From an uncultured Gemmatimonadales bacterium (GTDB taxonomy: Bacteria > Gemmatimonadota > Gemmatimonadetes > Gemmatimonadales > GWC2-71-9): a stretch of 64,000 bases of DNA. The translations under genes were made by a program, and so were the position numbers. This document shows positions 1-11,364 of this stretch, piece by piece. Each line of letters starts with the position of its first letter. Within the stretch, counting starts at the first letter, position 1. The notes below the pieces were generated by a model that saw only the letters and a program-made list of their open reading frames with translations, did not search any database and was not told the origin of the DNA. The DNA is taken from assembly GCA_963795085.1 (NCBI GenBank), contig CAWCFX010000004.1, positions 480,001-544,000 on the forward strand, written 5' to 3'.

Positions 1-1
1 G

Positions 2-169
2 TCGGCGCTCCGGGAGTATTGGGACAACGATGACACCCGGCAATATTCGCTGATGCCGGACGGGAGTGGATTCTTGATGATGCGGCGCATCCGGCTCACG
101 GCGGACTCCTCGCGGGCCCGCCTTATTCTCCGCGAGCACGTCATTCCCCCTGCCGGTGCTGACCGATGA
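2..169 (+). CDS. 3' end (partial) of a probable further kinase/TolB-like propeller array member
   Basis: Frame 2 reads ...DTRQYSLMPDGSGFLMMRR...RLILREHV..ADR*, resembling the C-termini of the downstream kinases (YDVSPDGRFLFM, FDVSSDGQQFVM). Its TGA overlaps the ATG at 166. Confidence 0.7.
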   Translation, partial: SALREYWDNDDTRQYSLMPDGSGFLMMRRIRLTADSSRARLILREHVIPPAGADR

Positions 170-386
170 CCGGGGCCCGCGATCGACTCGCCGCTGCCCT
201 CGCCGACCGCTACCGCATCGAGCGGGCCGCGACTTACGTCGCTGCTCGGCCCGGCGTCGCTTCGCGACTGCAGCGAGAACATTCTGCTCCGGCCAGACTG
301 CAATCACCCTGCCATGGACCCAGGCGCACCGAATCGCGCAGCGATGGTGTGCCGAGCAGCGACGGAAGTCGCGGAACGATCAGGCA

Positions 387-390
<4 letters not shown>
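166..390 (+). other. Kinase 5' stub (MTGARDRLAAALADRYRIER) fused in frame to the 148-bp element; 74-aa bridging ORF
   Basis: The first 20 codons are a typical array kinase start and the rest is element-derived. ATGA overlaps at both ends (166-169 and 387-390). Confidence 0.7.
227..374. repeat. 148-bp REPIN/MITE-like element, copy 1
   Basis: 26-bp imperfect terminal inverted repeats (ccgcgacttacgtcgctgctcggc ... gccgagcagcgacggaagtcgcgg) with internal hairpins. About 7 differences from the copy at 3084-3231. Confidence 0.9.
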
Positions 391-3028
<2,638 letters not shown>

Positions 3029-3029
<1 letters not shown>

Positions 3030-3244
3030 TGGTTCCCCCGGCTCTCGCCACCACCCTGGCCGATCGCTACCGCCTCGAACAGGCCGCGACTTACGTCGCT
3101 GCTCGGCACGGCGTCGCTTCGCGACTGCAGCGAGAACATTCTGCTCCGGCAAGACTGCAATCAACCTGTCATGGACCCAGGCGCACCAACTCGCGCAGCG
3201 ATGGTGTGCCGAGCCGCGACGGAAGTCGCGGGAATAGGCAATGA
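3029..3244 (+). other. Kinase 5' stub (MVPPALATTLADRYRLEQ) fused in frame to the 148-bp element; 71-aa bridging ORF
   Basis: GTG overlaps the TAG of kinase A, and its TGA overlaps the ATG at 3241. Confidence 0.7.
3084..3231. repeat. 148-bp REPIN/MITE-like element, copy 2
   Basis: Same length, terminal inverted repeats and hairpins as 227-374. Confidence 0.9.
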
Positions 3245-5073
3245 CGGAAGCCCCCGTCCGTCTCGCCGCCGCCCTGGCCGATCGCTATCGACTCGAGCGG
3301 GAGCTGGGCGCCGGCGGCATGGCCACGGTGTATCTTGCGCACGACATCAAGCACGACCGGAAGGTGGCCATCAAGGTGCTCCGGCCCGAGCTGGCCGCGG
3401 TGATCGGCGCCGAGCGATTCCTCCGCGAGATCAAGACCATCGCCAACCTGCAGCATCCCCATATCCTCGGCCTGATCGATTCCGGCAAAGTGAACGGCAC
3501 GGCGTACTACGTGATGCCATTCGTGGAAGGGGAATCCCTTCGCGACCGGCTGAATCGGGAAAAGCAGCTCCCCATCACTGACGCGGTCCGGCTGGCCACC
3601 GAGGTGGCCGGCGCGCTCGGCTACGCCCACCGGCATGGCGTGATCCACCGCGACATCAAGCCGGAAAACATCTTGCTGCATGATGGCTTGGCCCTTTTGG
3701 CGGATTTCGGCATCGCCCTGGCCGTGAGCAGCGCCGGAGGCCGGATGACCGAGACCGGGATGAGCCTCGGCACGCCCCACTACATGTCGCCGGAGCAGGC
3801 GATGGGTGAACGGGAGATCGGCCCCACGAGCGACGTGTATGCGCTCGGTGTGGTTACGTACGAGATGCTCACGGGGGAACCACCCTTTTCCGGTCCGACG
3901 GCGCAAGCCATCTTTGCAAAGGTGATGACCGAGAAGCCGGCGCCGATCATGCTGCGGCGTGATACCGTTCCGGAAACCATCGCACGCGCGGTCGTCACGG
4001 CGCTGCAGAAGATTCCCGCCGATCGGTTTCGCAACACGGCGGAGTTCATCGCGGCGCTGACGGCTACTTCCGCGTCGCCGGGTGGACCCGGCGCCCATAC
4101 GCGAACCGTCTCGCTGGTAACCGGCAGCTTCGTGATCACGGAAGCGCACTGCAGACTGCTTTCCCGCGCGTCGTTCGATCCCCGGCTCATCGGGTCCGAG
4201 CTTCAGTATTTCGATAATGGCGTCGCCTCTCCCGTTCTGCTGTGTTTCATCCCGGCCTTTGGCCGCGGGTCAGACCAGAACATGGAGATGCTCTCGCGGA
4301 TTGGCTATCGGGCGGTCGTTCCCACCTTGCGCGGGTTCGAGCTGGACACGCCGTGGCGCCCCACGCTCACCATCGACGATCACATCGTGCTGATCCGCGA
4401 GTTTCTCCGTGAGCTTGCGACCCAGCTCGAGCCGGCGCTGATTATCGTCGCCGGTTTCTCCACCGCCGCGGATATTGCGCTGCGGTTTGCCGCGGCCCCC
4501 GATCCTGCCGCGACCCTTCGGGTAGACGGGTGCCTGACCCTGGGGGGAAACCTGGCGCCGAGTACGTGCTTCTTTACCAGCGTGCTGGCTTCAATGAAAA
4601 ATGACGACGACGATACCTTGCTGGCCGCCCTTCGGCAGGTCAGTGACACGGCCACGTCGCTCGACGAATGGGTGAACATCTGCCAGTACGCCCTCAGGAT
4701 CGCGTCGACCTTTCGGAACCAGTTGGGCGTGGTGCGGACCTTTGCGAGTGGGCTTTGGGCGCCTTTCGCCACCGAGGAGCTCACCCCCTTCGCGAACTGG
4801 TACCGGGCGGCGATGGCCAACGGTTGCCGGCTGAGTTGCGTGTTCGAGGACACGCCCATGTACCGTGGGCTCGTGCGGGAGTTGCAACTGCGAAACCTGG
4901 ACGAGGGACTCCTGGGAGAACGGTATGAAGAAGGTTCGATAATTAATGAGGCCGGGACTTCCCACTTCGATCTCGTCGAGCCGGGGCGTGTGGCCCGACA
5001 CGTTGATGCGCTCGTCACCCGCCTGCGCGGCAACAGCGGGGCCCGCCCCAGCTCGGCCGGCTCCCCGCGATAG
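3241..5073 (+). CDS. Ser/Thr protein kinase with C-terminal alpha/beta-hydrolase-like domain, no TM (kinase B)
   Basis: Intact kinase motifs. The C-terminus has a YRAVVPTLRGF strand, an IVAGFSTAA nucleophile-elbow-like motif and a late GTSHF His. Confidence 0.9.
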   Translation: MTEAPVRLAAALADRYRLERELGAGGMATVYLAHDIKHDRKVAIKVLRPELAAVIGAERFLREIKTIANLQHPHILGLIDSGKVNGTAYYVMPFVEGESLRDRLNREKQLPITDAVRLATEVAGALGYAHRHGVIHRDIKPENILLHDGLALLADFGIALAVSSAGGRMTETGMSLGTPHYMSPEQAMGEREIGPTSDVYALGVVTYEMLTGEPPFSGPTAQAIFAKVMTEKPAPIMLRRDTVPETIARAVVTALQKIPADRFRNTAEFIAALTATSASPGGPGAHTRTVSLVTGSFVITEAHCRLLSRASFDPRLIGSELQYFDNGVASPVLLCFIPAFGRGSDQNMEMLSRIGYRAVVPTLRGFELDTPWRPTLTIDDHIVLIREFLRELATQLEPALIIVAGFSTAADIALRFAAAPDPAATLRVDGCLTLGGNLAPSTCFFTSVLASMKNDDDDTLLAALRQVSDTATSLDEWVNICQYALRIASTFRNQLGVVRTFASGLWAPFATEELTPFANWYRAAMANGCRLSCVFEDTPMYRGLVRELQLRNLDEGLLGERYEEGSIINEAGTSHFDLVEPGRVARHVDALVTRLRGNSGARPSSAGSPR

Positions 5074-5079
5074 CGGCCA

Positions 5080-5133
5080 ATGACTCACACCGAGAATCGT
5101 CACCGTCCCACGGACGCGAAGGAAAAGCCATGA
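5080..5133 (+). other. 17-aa mini-ORF (MTHTENRHRPTDAKEKP*) overlapping the kinase C start
   Basis: ATG 6 nt after the kinase B stop; TGA overlaps ATG 5130. Confidence 0.35.
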
Positions 5134-7850
5134 CTGGGCCTATAGCGCGTCTCACGACAGCCCTGGCCGACCGCTATCGACTCGAGCGGGAGCTGGGCGC
5201 CGGCGGCATGGCCACGGTCTACCTCGCCCACGATCTTAAGCACGACCGGAAGGTGGCCATCAAGGTCCTCCGGCCGGAGCTGGCCGCCGTCATCGGGGCG
5301 GACCGCTTTCTTTCCGAAATCAAGACCACGGCCAATCTGCAGCATCCTCATATCCTGCCGCTGCATGATTCGGGAGCGGCCGATTCTTTCCTTTATTACG
5401 TGATGCCGTTCATCGAGGGCGAGTCCCTCCGCGACCGGCTCACCCGGGAGAAGCAACTCCCGGTGAACGACGCGGTCCGGATCGCCACCGAGGTGGCGGG
5501 AGCCCTGGATTACGCCCATCGTCACCACGTCATCCACCGGGACATCAAACCCGAGAACATCCTGCTCCACGACGGCCGGGCCCTGGTCGCCGATTTCGGC
5601 ATCGCGCTGGCCGCCAGCAAGGCCGGCGGCAGCCGGATGACCGAGACCGGCGTGAGTCTCGGCACTCCACAGTACATGTCGCCGGAGCAGGCGATGGGCG
5701 AGCGGGTGATCGGTCCGCCAAGCGATGTATACGCGCTGGGAGCGGTCACCTATGAAATGCTCACCGGTGAACCGCCCTTCAGCGGTCCGTCGGCGCAGGC
5801 CATTCTCGCCAAGATCATGACGGCGGAACCGGCCGAGATTACTTCGCTGCGGAGGACCGTACCGATCCACGTAGCCGATGCGGTGCATACGGCGCTCCAG
5901 AAACTGCCGGCCGATCGGTTCTCCAGCGCCTCCGCCTTCGCCGATGCGCTGGGAAACTCCACCCCGGGGCGCACTCGGGTCAACGGAATGCGGGTGGCAG
6001 AACGGTCAGGCCGCCGAGGCATTCGACCTCCGATCGTCGCCGCCATCGCCGCGGCAGGTCTGTTCGCCGGAATCGCCGCTGCGGGGTTCTTCCAGGGCGA
6101 CGACGGATCGCGCCTGCCCGCCATGCGCTTGATGATGCAGTTCCCCGCCGGGCAGGAGTTCCGGGCCGGACGAACTCCCGTGATTACCGCGGCGCCGGAC
6201 GGCTCAGGCGTCCTGTATAACGGGCCGGGGGTGACGACACGGACCCAGTTCTGGTTTCGACCATGGAACCGGATCACCGGTGAGCGGCTCTCCCGCTCGC
6301 TCGATGAAGCATGCTGTGCCACCTATTCGCCGTCGGGGGACACGATTGCCTACCTGTCGGCTCCCCGCCAGCTCAATATCCTCCCGCTGACTGGTGGTCT
6401 CCCGGGCACCCTTCCTGACAGCGGCCTCCTCTCAGTGACCGACTGGTTCGGCGGCCTGGATTGGGCGGACGATGGCTGGCTGTATGCGGCAGGAATTGAG
6501 GGGTTGATCCGGATCGAGCCGCGCACCCGGAAGGTGGAGTTGCTGGCCCCGCACGATTCCGCCCGGGGTGACGTGGCGTTCCTCTGGCCCGAGGTTCTTC
6601 CCGGCGGGAAGGGAGTCATCGTTACTGTGCCTGACCGCGCGTCCACCACCGACCCCGAGCGCGCTTCGATCGGCATTGCCAACCTTTCATCCGGGCGGGT
6701 CGACATCATCCTCCAGGGTGTCCGGGCCATCTACTCGCCCACCGGGCATCTCATTGTGGTCAAGCCCAATGGTGTGCTGTGGGCGGTGCCGTTCGACGTA
6801 GCTTCGCTCCAGGTGAAGGGAACCGCGCGGGAATTGGCCGACACGCTGTCGGTCCGGTCAGGAAGTGCGGCCCCCGGGGTGGCAGATCTCGCGCTCGACC
6901 GGAACGGAACGCTGACCTATGTCGCGGGAGGCATCGCCTCCTATCGGGTGGTGTGGGTGGATCGATCGGGCGACTGGCAGCCCTTCGGTGACAGCCTTCA
7001 TTTCCCTGCGATAGTTGGGATCGCCCTGTCCGCTGACGGGAAACGTCTGGCCGTCGGACTCGCGACTGAGGGTCGCAATGTGGATCTTTGGGTCCAGCCG
7101 GTCGCCGGGGGGCCCCGGGTGCGCCGGACATTCGATGGCGTTTATATCCGTCCTCGCTGGCGGCCGCGCAGCAGCAGCATCTCGTTTGTCGGCCGCCACG
7201 ATTCAACCGTTGGCGTGGGGTTCCACCTCTTCGAAGCGGATGTTCGGTGGGAAGGCGAGATCCGCCGGCTGGCCGATGTCGAGTCCCGTCACATCGGCGG
7301 TCACTCCTGGTCTCCTGACGGGCAGTGGTTGATCTACCGCACGGATGACCAGGAACCCGGCAATGGGGATATCATGGCGATACGCCCCGGCCTGGACAGG
7401 GCACCTCGTCCATTGGTTGCTACGCCGGCGGAAGAACTTGCACCAGCCGTTTCTCCTGATGGTCGCTGGCTGGCATATACGTCAAACGAATCCGGCAGGC
7501 GGGAAGTCTATGTGCGACCTTTTCCCGCCACCAGCGAAGCACGATACCAAGTCTCAACAGCGGGAGGGGTTACTCCGGTCTGGAGTCCCACCGGGAGGGA
7601 GCTGTTTTTCCTTGACGCATCCCAGAACATGGTAGCCATGCCGGTCGCGCCCGGCCCCGGGTTCCGGACCGGCTCACCCCAAGTGCTCTTCTCCGCTACG
7701 GGATACTTCAGCCAGGTCTACCAGCAGATGTTTGATGTTTCCTCCGACGGGCAGCAGTTTGTCATGATCCGGGCCGAAGCTCGTGAGCAAGGCGTTGTGG
7801 TAGTGACGGGTTTTCTCGATGACCTCAAGCACCGAATGGCGGACCGATGA
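5130..7850 (+). CDS. Ser/Thr protein kinase, TM, TolB-like propeller (kinase C)
   Basis: Kinase motifs, TM segment, SPDGRWLAY repeats. Confidence 0.95.
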   Translation: MTGPIARLTTALADRYRLERELGAGGMATVYLAHDLKHDRKVAIKVLRPELAAVIGADRFLSEIKTTANLQHPHILPLHDSGAADSFLYYVMPFIEGESLRDRLTREKQLPVNDAVRIATEVAGALDYAHRHHVIHRDIKPENILLHDGRALVADFGIALAASKAGGSRMTETGVSLGTPQYMSPEQAMGERVIGPPSDVYALGAVTYEMLTGEPPFSGPSAQAILAKIMTAEPAEITSLRRTVPIHVADAVHTALQKLPADRFSSASAFADALGNSTPGRTRVNGMRVAERSGRRGIRPPIVAAIAAAGLFAGIAAAGFFQGDDGSRLPAMRLMMQFPAGQEFRAGRTPVITAAPDGSGVLYNGPGVTTRTQFWFRPWNRITGERLSRSLDEACCATYSPSGDTIAYLSAPRQLNILPLTGGLPGTLPDSGLLSVTDWFGGLDWADDGWLYAAGIEGLIRIEPRTRKVELLAPHDSARGDVAFLWPEVLPGGKGVIVTVPDRASTTDPERASIGIANLSSGRVDIILQGVRAIYSPTGHLIVVKPNGVLWAVPFDVASLQVKGTARELADTLSVRSGSAAPGVADLALDRNGTLTYVAGGIASYRVVWVDRSGDWQPFGDSLHFPAIVGIALSADGKRLAVGLATEGRNVDLWVQPVAGGPRVRRTFDGVYIRPRWRPRSSSISFVGRHDSTVGVGFHLFEADVRWEGEIRRLADVESRHIGGHSWSPDGQWLIYRTDDQEPGNGDIMAIRPGLDRAPRPLVATPAEELAPAVSPDGRWLAYTSNESGRREVYVRPFPATSEARYQVSTAGGVTPVWSPTGRELFFLDASQNMVAMPVAPGPGFRTGSPQVLFSATGYFSQVYQQMFDVSSDGQQFVMIRAEAREQGVVVVTGFLDDLKHRMADR

Positions 7851-10501
7851 GCGTGGTTCCTTCCCGTCTGGCCGAGGCTCTTAGCCGTAGCTACCGGATC
7901 GAGCGGGAGCTCGGCGCTGGCGGCATGGCCACGGTATACCTGGCGCAGGACCTGAAGCACGACCGGAAGGTGGCCATCAAGGTACTCCGGCCCGAGCTGG
8001 CTGCCGTCATCGGGGCGGATCGGTTTCTCTCCGAGATCAAGACCACGGCCAACCTGCAGCACCCGCATATCCTGCCGCTGCACGATTCGGGAGCGGCCGA
8101 TTCTTTCCTGTATTACGTCATGCCGTTCATCGAGGGCGAGTCCCTCCGCGACCGGCTTACCCGGGAGAAACAGCTCCCGGTGAACGACGCGGTCCGGATC
8201 GCCACCGAGGTGGCGGGAGCCCTGGATTACGCCCATCGTCACAACGTCATCCACCGCGACATCAAGCCCGAGAACATCCTGCTCCACGACGGCCGGGCCC
8301 TGGTGGCAGACTTCGGGATCGCCCTGGCCGCGAGCAAGGCCGGCGGCACCCGGATGACCGAGACCGGGATGTCGCTGGGGACGCCGCACTACATGAGTCC
8401 CGAGCAAGCGATGGGCGAGCGGGAGATTACCGCGCGCTCCGACGTCTACGCCCTCGGCGCCGTCACCTACGAGCTGCTGCTGGGGGAGCCGCCCTTCACG
8501 GGACCCACCGCCCAGGCCATCGTCGCCAAGGTGATGACCGCCGAGCCGGTGACCATCACCGGCCAGCGAAGAACGGTCCCCCCGCATGTAGAGGCGGCGG
8601 TGTTCACCGCACTGGAGAAGCTTCCGGCGGACCGGTTTGCCAGCGCGGCCGAGTTTGCCCAGGCGCTGGCCGGTGGGGTGAGCACGACCACTCGCACCGG
8701 CTCTCGCGGTGCCCCCAGGTCAAAGGCGAGCGCCGGTCCCTGGCGCGCGATCAGCGCGGCACTCGGTGCGGTGCTCCTGGCTCTCCTCGGCATCGTCGGC
8801 TGGAACATGACCCACCGCTCCTCCGCCGGGGGACCCAGCGTCTACGATGCGGCGCTCCCGGTCGACGCTCCCATGACCTTCGCCTTCACCGCAGCGGCGA
8901 ATACGTATGGGACTCCGCTTCGGAATCTTTCGGTCGCGAGGAACGGGGATTTCGCGGTGTACGTCGCCCCGCGAGGCGACTCCACCGTGCTGTGGTACCG
9001 CAGCCTCCGGGATGCCACCGTCCGGCCCATCCCCGGAACCGTCGGGGCCACGGCACCACGGATCTCTCCCGACGGGAACCGGGTTGCCTACTTCGTCGGC
9101 GGAATGGTGATGGTGTCCCCCGTCGCCGGTGGAGAGGCCAGGCGGCTCTTCACCGGGCAGGCGGGGTCGGCCCTCAACTGGCTGTCCGGGGATACCCTGC
9201 TCGCCCTGCACCAGGACGGGACCCGCATCGTCTGGCTCGATCCCGAGGCTGGCCCGATCAAGGAGGGGTCGATGCAGACCCGCTGCCCCTTCGGCCGATG
9301 GATCGCCGAACGAAGGGCATTGTTGTGCGACTGGAATATCGTTTCCTACTATGTCGATCCCGAGACCGGTATGCGGAGCAACGACCTGCGGATCCGGGGG
9401 GCGGGCGGTCGGGCGGGTGCGCTCCTTCACGGCAGCAGTGCACGGGTTATTGACGGGCGCTACCTGGTCTACCTCGCGGCAGACGGAGACCTTCGCGCCG
9501 CACCGTACGATATTGAAACCGACCTGGTGGGGCGCTCGGTCTCGCTGGTGCGGGGGATCCGGCGCGAGGGGGTAGGCGAGGGCCAATTCGAGGTCACCAG
9601 CGAAGGCGCCCTGGTCTATGCGCCAGGCAAGGACGCGACGGTGGGTCGCCTCGTTCGCCTCCGGGCCGGCGGCGTTCCGGAACCCCTGCCGGTGCCGGAG
9701 GCAACCTATCAGCGCTATGATCTCAGCCCGGACGGGCGCTGGCTTGCCGCCGCGGTCCTAGCGGCCGCGGGGCAGGAGCTCCGAGTCTACGATCTTCGGG
9801 ATGGCCAGCAGCAGATTTGGCTCCGCGCCGACCTGATCCGGCATCCGCTCTGGGGACCGGCGGGGGGTGACCTCGTCGTGAGCGTGCGGGACTCCAACCG
9901 GTGGTCGCTGCTTGCCGGATCGCTGACCCTGGGCCGACTGAAGGACACCCTGTTCACCACCGATTCAGCCAACGCCCTCGACGCGGTCGATTTCCACTCC
10001 GCCGACGATATCATCCTCCAGCACTGGGAACGGTCGGCCGTCTTTCGCCTGAACCCCCAGGCCCCGAACGGCGGACCCCGCCCCATCTTCAACGAAGACG
10101 CCCGGTTTGCTTCGGTGTCTCCCGATGGGAAGCACCTGGCATATCAGACAACGGAGGGCAACCGGATCATGATCACGTCGTATCCGGTAGCGGGACGACG
10201 GTGGCAGGCGGCAACGGAAGGGGCTGAGCCATTCTGGCTTTCGTCGAACACGGTCATTTATCGCTCCGGCATCTCGTGGTATCAGGTGCGAATCGACCCG
10301 GTGACTGGTGAGCCCAGCGGGCCCGGCACGCTCTGGGCCCGGGATCCCCGGTTCTCCGATACCTCCGGCTGGTCCAACCGGCCGTCGCATGACGGCGGGA
10401 TCATCTACGTCCAGGCGCCGGCGGAAACCAGCGCGGGCTACCTTCGGGTGATTCCCGACTGGGTGACCCAGATGAAGGCCGCCGTGGACGCGGCGAACTG
10501 A
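7847..10501 (+). CDS. Ser/Thr protein kinase, TM, TolB-like propeller (kinase D)
   Basis: Kinase motifs, TM segment, SPDG repeats; ATGA overlap with kinase C. Confidence 0.95.
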   Translation: MSVVPSRLAEALSRSYRIERELGAGGMATVYLAQDLKHDRKVAIKVLRPELAAVIGADRFLSEIKTTANLQHPHILPLHDSGAADSFLYYVMPFIEGESLRDRLTREKQLPVNDAVRIATEVAGALDYAHRHNVIHRDIKPENILLHDGRALVADFGIALAASKAGGTRMTETGMSLGTPHYMSPEQAMGEREITARSDVYALGAVTYELLLGEPPFTGPTAQAIVAKVMTAEPVTITGQRRTVPPHVEAAVFTALEKLPADRFASAAEFAQALAGGVSTTTRTGSRGAPRSKASAGPWRAISAALGAVLLALLGIVGWNMTHRSSAGGPSVYDAALPVDAPMTFAFTAAANTYGTPLRNLSVARNGDFAVYVAPRGDSTVLWYRSLRDATVRPIPGTVGATAPRISPDGNRVAYFVGGMVMVSPVAGGEARRLFTGQAGSALNWLSGDTLLALHQDGTRIVWLDPEAGPIKEGSMQTRCPFGRWIAERRALLCDWNIVSYYVDPETGMRSNDLRIRGAGGRAGALLHGSSARVIDGRYLVYLAADGDLRAAPYDIETDLVGRSVSLVRGIRREGVGEGQFEVTSEGALVYAPGKDATVGRLVRLRAGGVPEPLPVPEATYQRYDLSPDGRWLAAAVLAAAGQELRVYDLRDGQQQIWLRADLIRHPLWGPAGGDLVVSVRDSNRWSLLAGSLTLGRLKDTLFTTDSANALDAVDFHSADDIILQHWERSAVFRLNPQAPNGGPRPIFNEDARFASVSPDGKHLAYQTTEGNRIMITSYPVAGRRWQAATEGAEPFWLSSNTVIYRSGISWYQVRIDPVTGEPSGPGTLWARDPRFSDTSGWSNRPSHDGGIIYVQAPAETSAGYLRVIPDWVTQMKAAVDAAN

Positions 10502-10506
10502 GCGCC

Positions 10507-11241
10507 TTACTCCAGCACCAGGCCGATATCAAACACGCCCCGATACCCGGCCCCGTCGCGCTGGACATCCAGCACCAGCTCCGCCCCCCGCTCCCGGCGG
10601 AAGATGCCGTCACCCGGGTTCCGGGTCCGCGGCTGGCGGTTGCCGGCGTAGGGCGTGGCGGCAAGGACCTGGTCGGATGCCGTGTCGTCGAAGTAGAGCT
10701 GGGAAGTGAAATCGTAGCCCCGCTGCCCGGCCGGGTCGGTCCGGAGCTTGAAGTGAATGTGCACCGTGCGACCCTGGTACCAACCCGGGTAAATCGTCCG
10801 GAAGGCGGCCCGCCCGTCGGCCCCGGTCCGCTGGTGTCCCCGAAGGAACTGTTGCCCAGTGGTGTCGAAGAACCCGTTAATATCCTTCACACCCGAGTAC
10901 ACCCCCGCGGCATCACACTGCCAGACGTCCACCAGGACGCCGGGCAGAGGTGCGCAGGTCGTTCCACTGATCCGGGACACCTGGAAGGCCAGCGCCAGCG
11001 GGACACCCTCCGGGATCCTTCCACTGGCCGGGTCGGCCCGGATGTCCGACCGGTCGAGCATGGTGTCCACGAAGTAGGGCCCCTCGGTCTGCGCCGGCCG
11101 GACGACGCATGCCGGCAGCTTCCCGCCCGGAGGCCGGACCAGCGCACCCCCGGGGATCGCGGCACAGGCCAGCGCGCCGAGGGAGGCGAGGACTTCACGG
11201 CGGCTCAGGACCTGGCCAATGGGGCGGTCGTCGTCGAGCAT
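10507..11241 (-). CDS. Intradiol ring-cleavage dioxygenase family protein with Tat-like signal
   Basis: SRREVL Tat-like motif, TEGPY, VDVWQCDAAGVYS, TIYPGWYQGRTVHIH; GGAGA RBS upstream of ATG 11241. Confidence 0.9.
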   Translation of the reverse strand: MLDDDRPIGQVLSRREVLASLGALACAAIPGGALVRPPGGKLPACVVRPAQTEGPYFVDTMLDRSDIRADPASGRIPEGVPLALAFQVSRISGTTCAPLPGVLVDVWQCDAAGVYSGVKDINGFFDTTGQQFLRGHQRTGADGRAAFRTIYPGWYQGRTVHIHFKLRTDPAGQRGYDFTSQLYFDDTASDQVLAATPYAGNRQPRTRNPGDGIFRRERGAELVLDVQRDGAGYRGVFDIGLVLE

Positions 11242-11331
11242 GAGTTCTCCGGCCAGAGTAAGGGGAGGACTGCTACTCCCAAGGTAAGGTTCGCCGTCGC
11301 TCTGCGCATCTCGCACCTCTAAGGAGACCGG

Positions 11332-11364
11332 ATGTCCCCCGATCTTTTGCCGGACCAGCCATGA
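11332..11364 (+). other. 10-aa leader mini-ORF (MSPDLLPDQP*) with strong SD, overlapping the kinase E start
   Basis: TAAGGAG at 11320-11326, ATG at 11332, TGA overlaps ATG 11361. Confidence 0.5.

Noticed and set aside
156..386. N-terminal extension of the 957-aa ORF
   Set aside because: It is an alternative-frame reading of the stub and element; paralog alignment places the start at 387.
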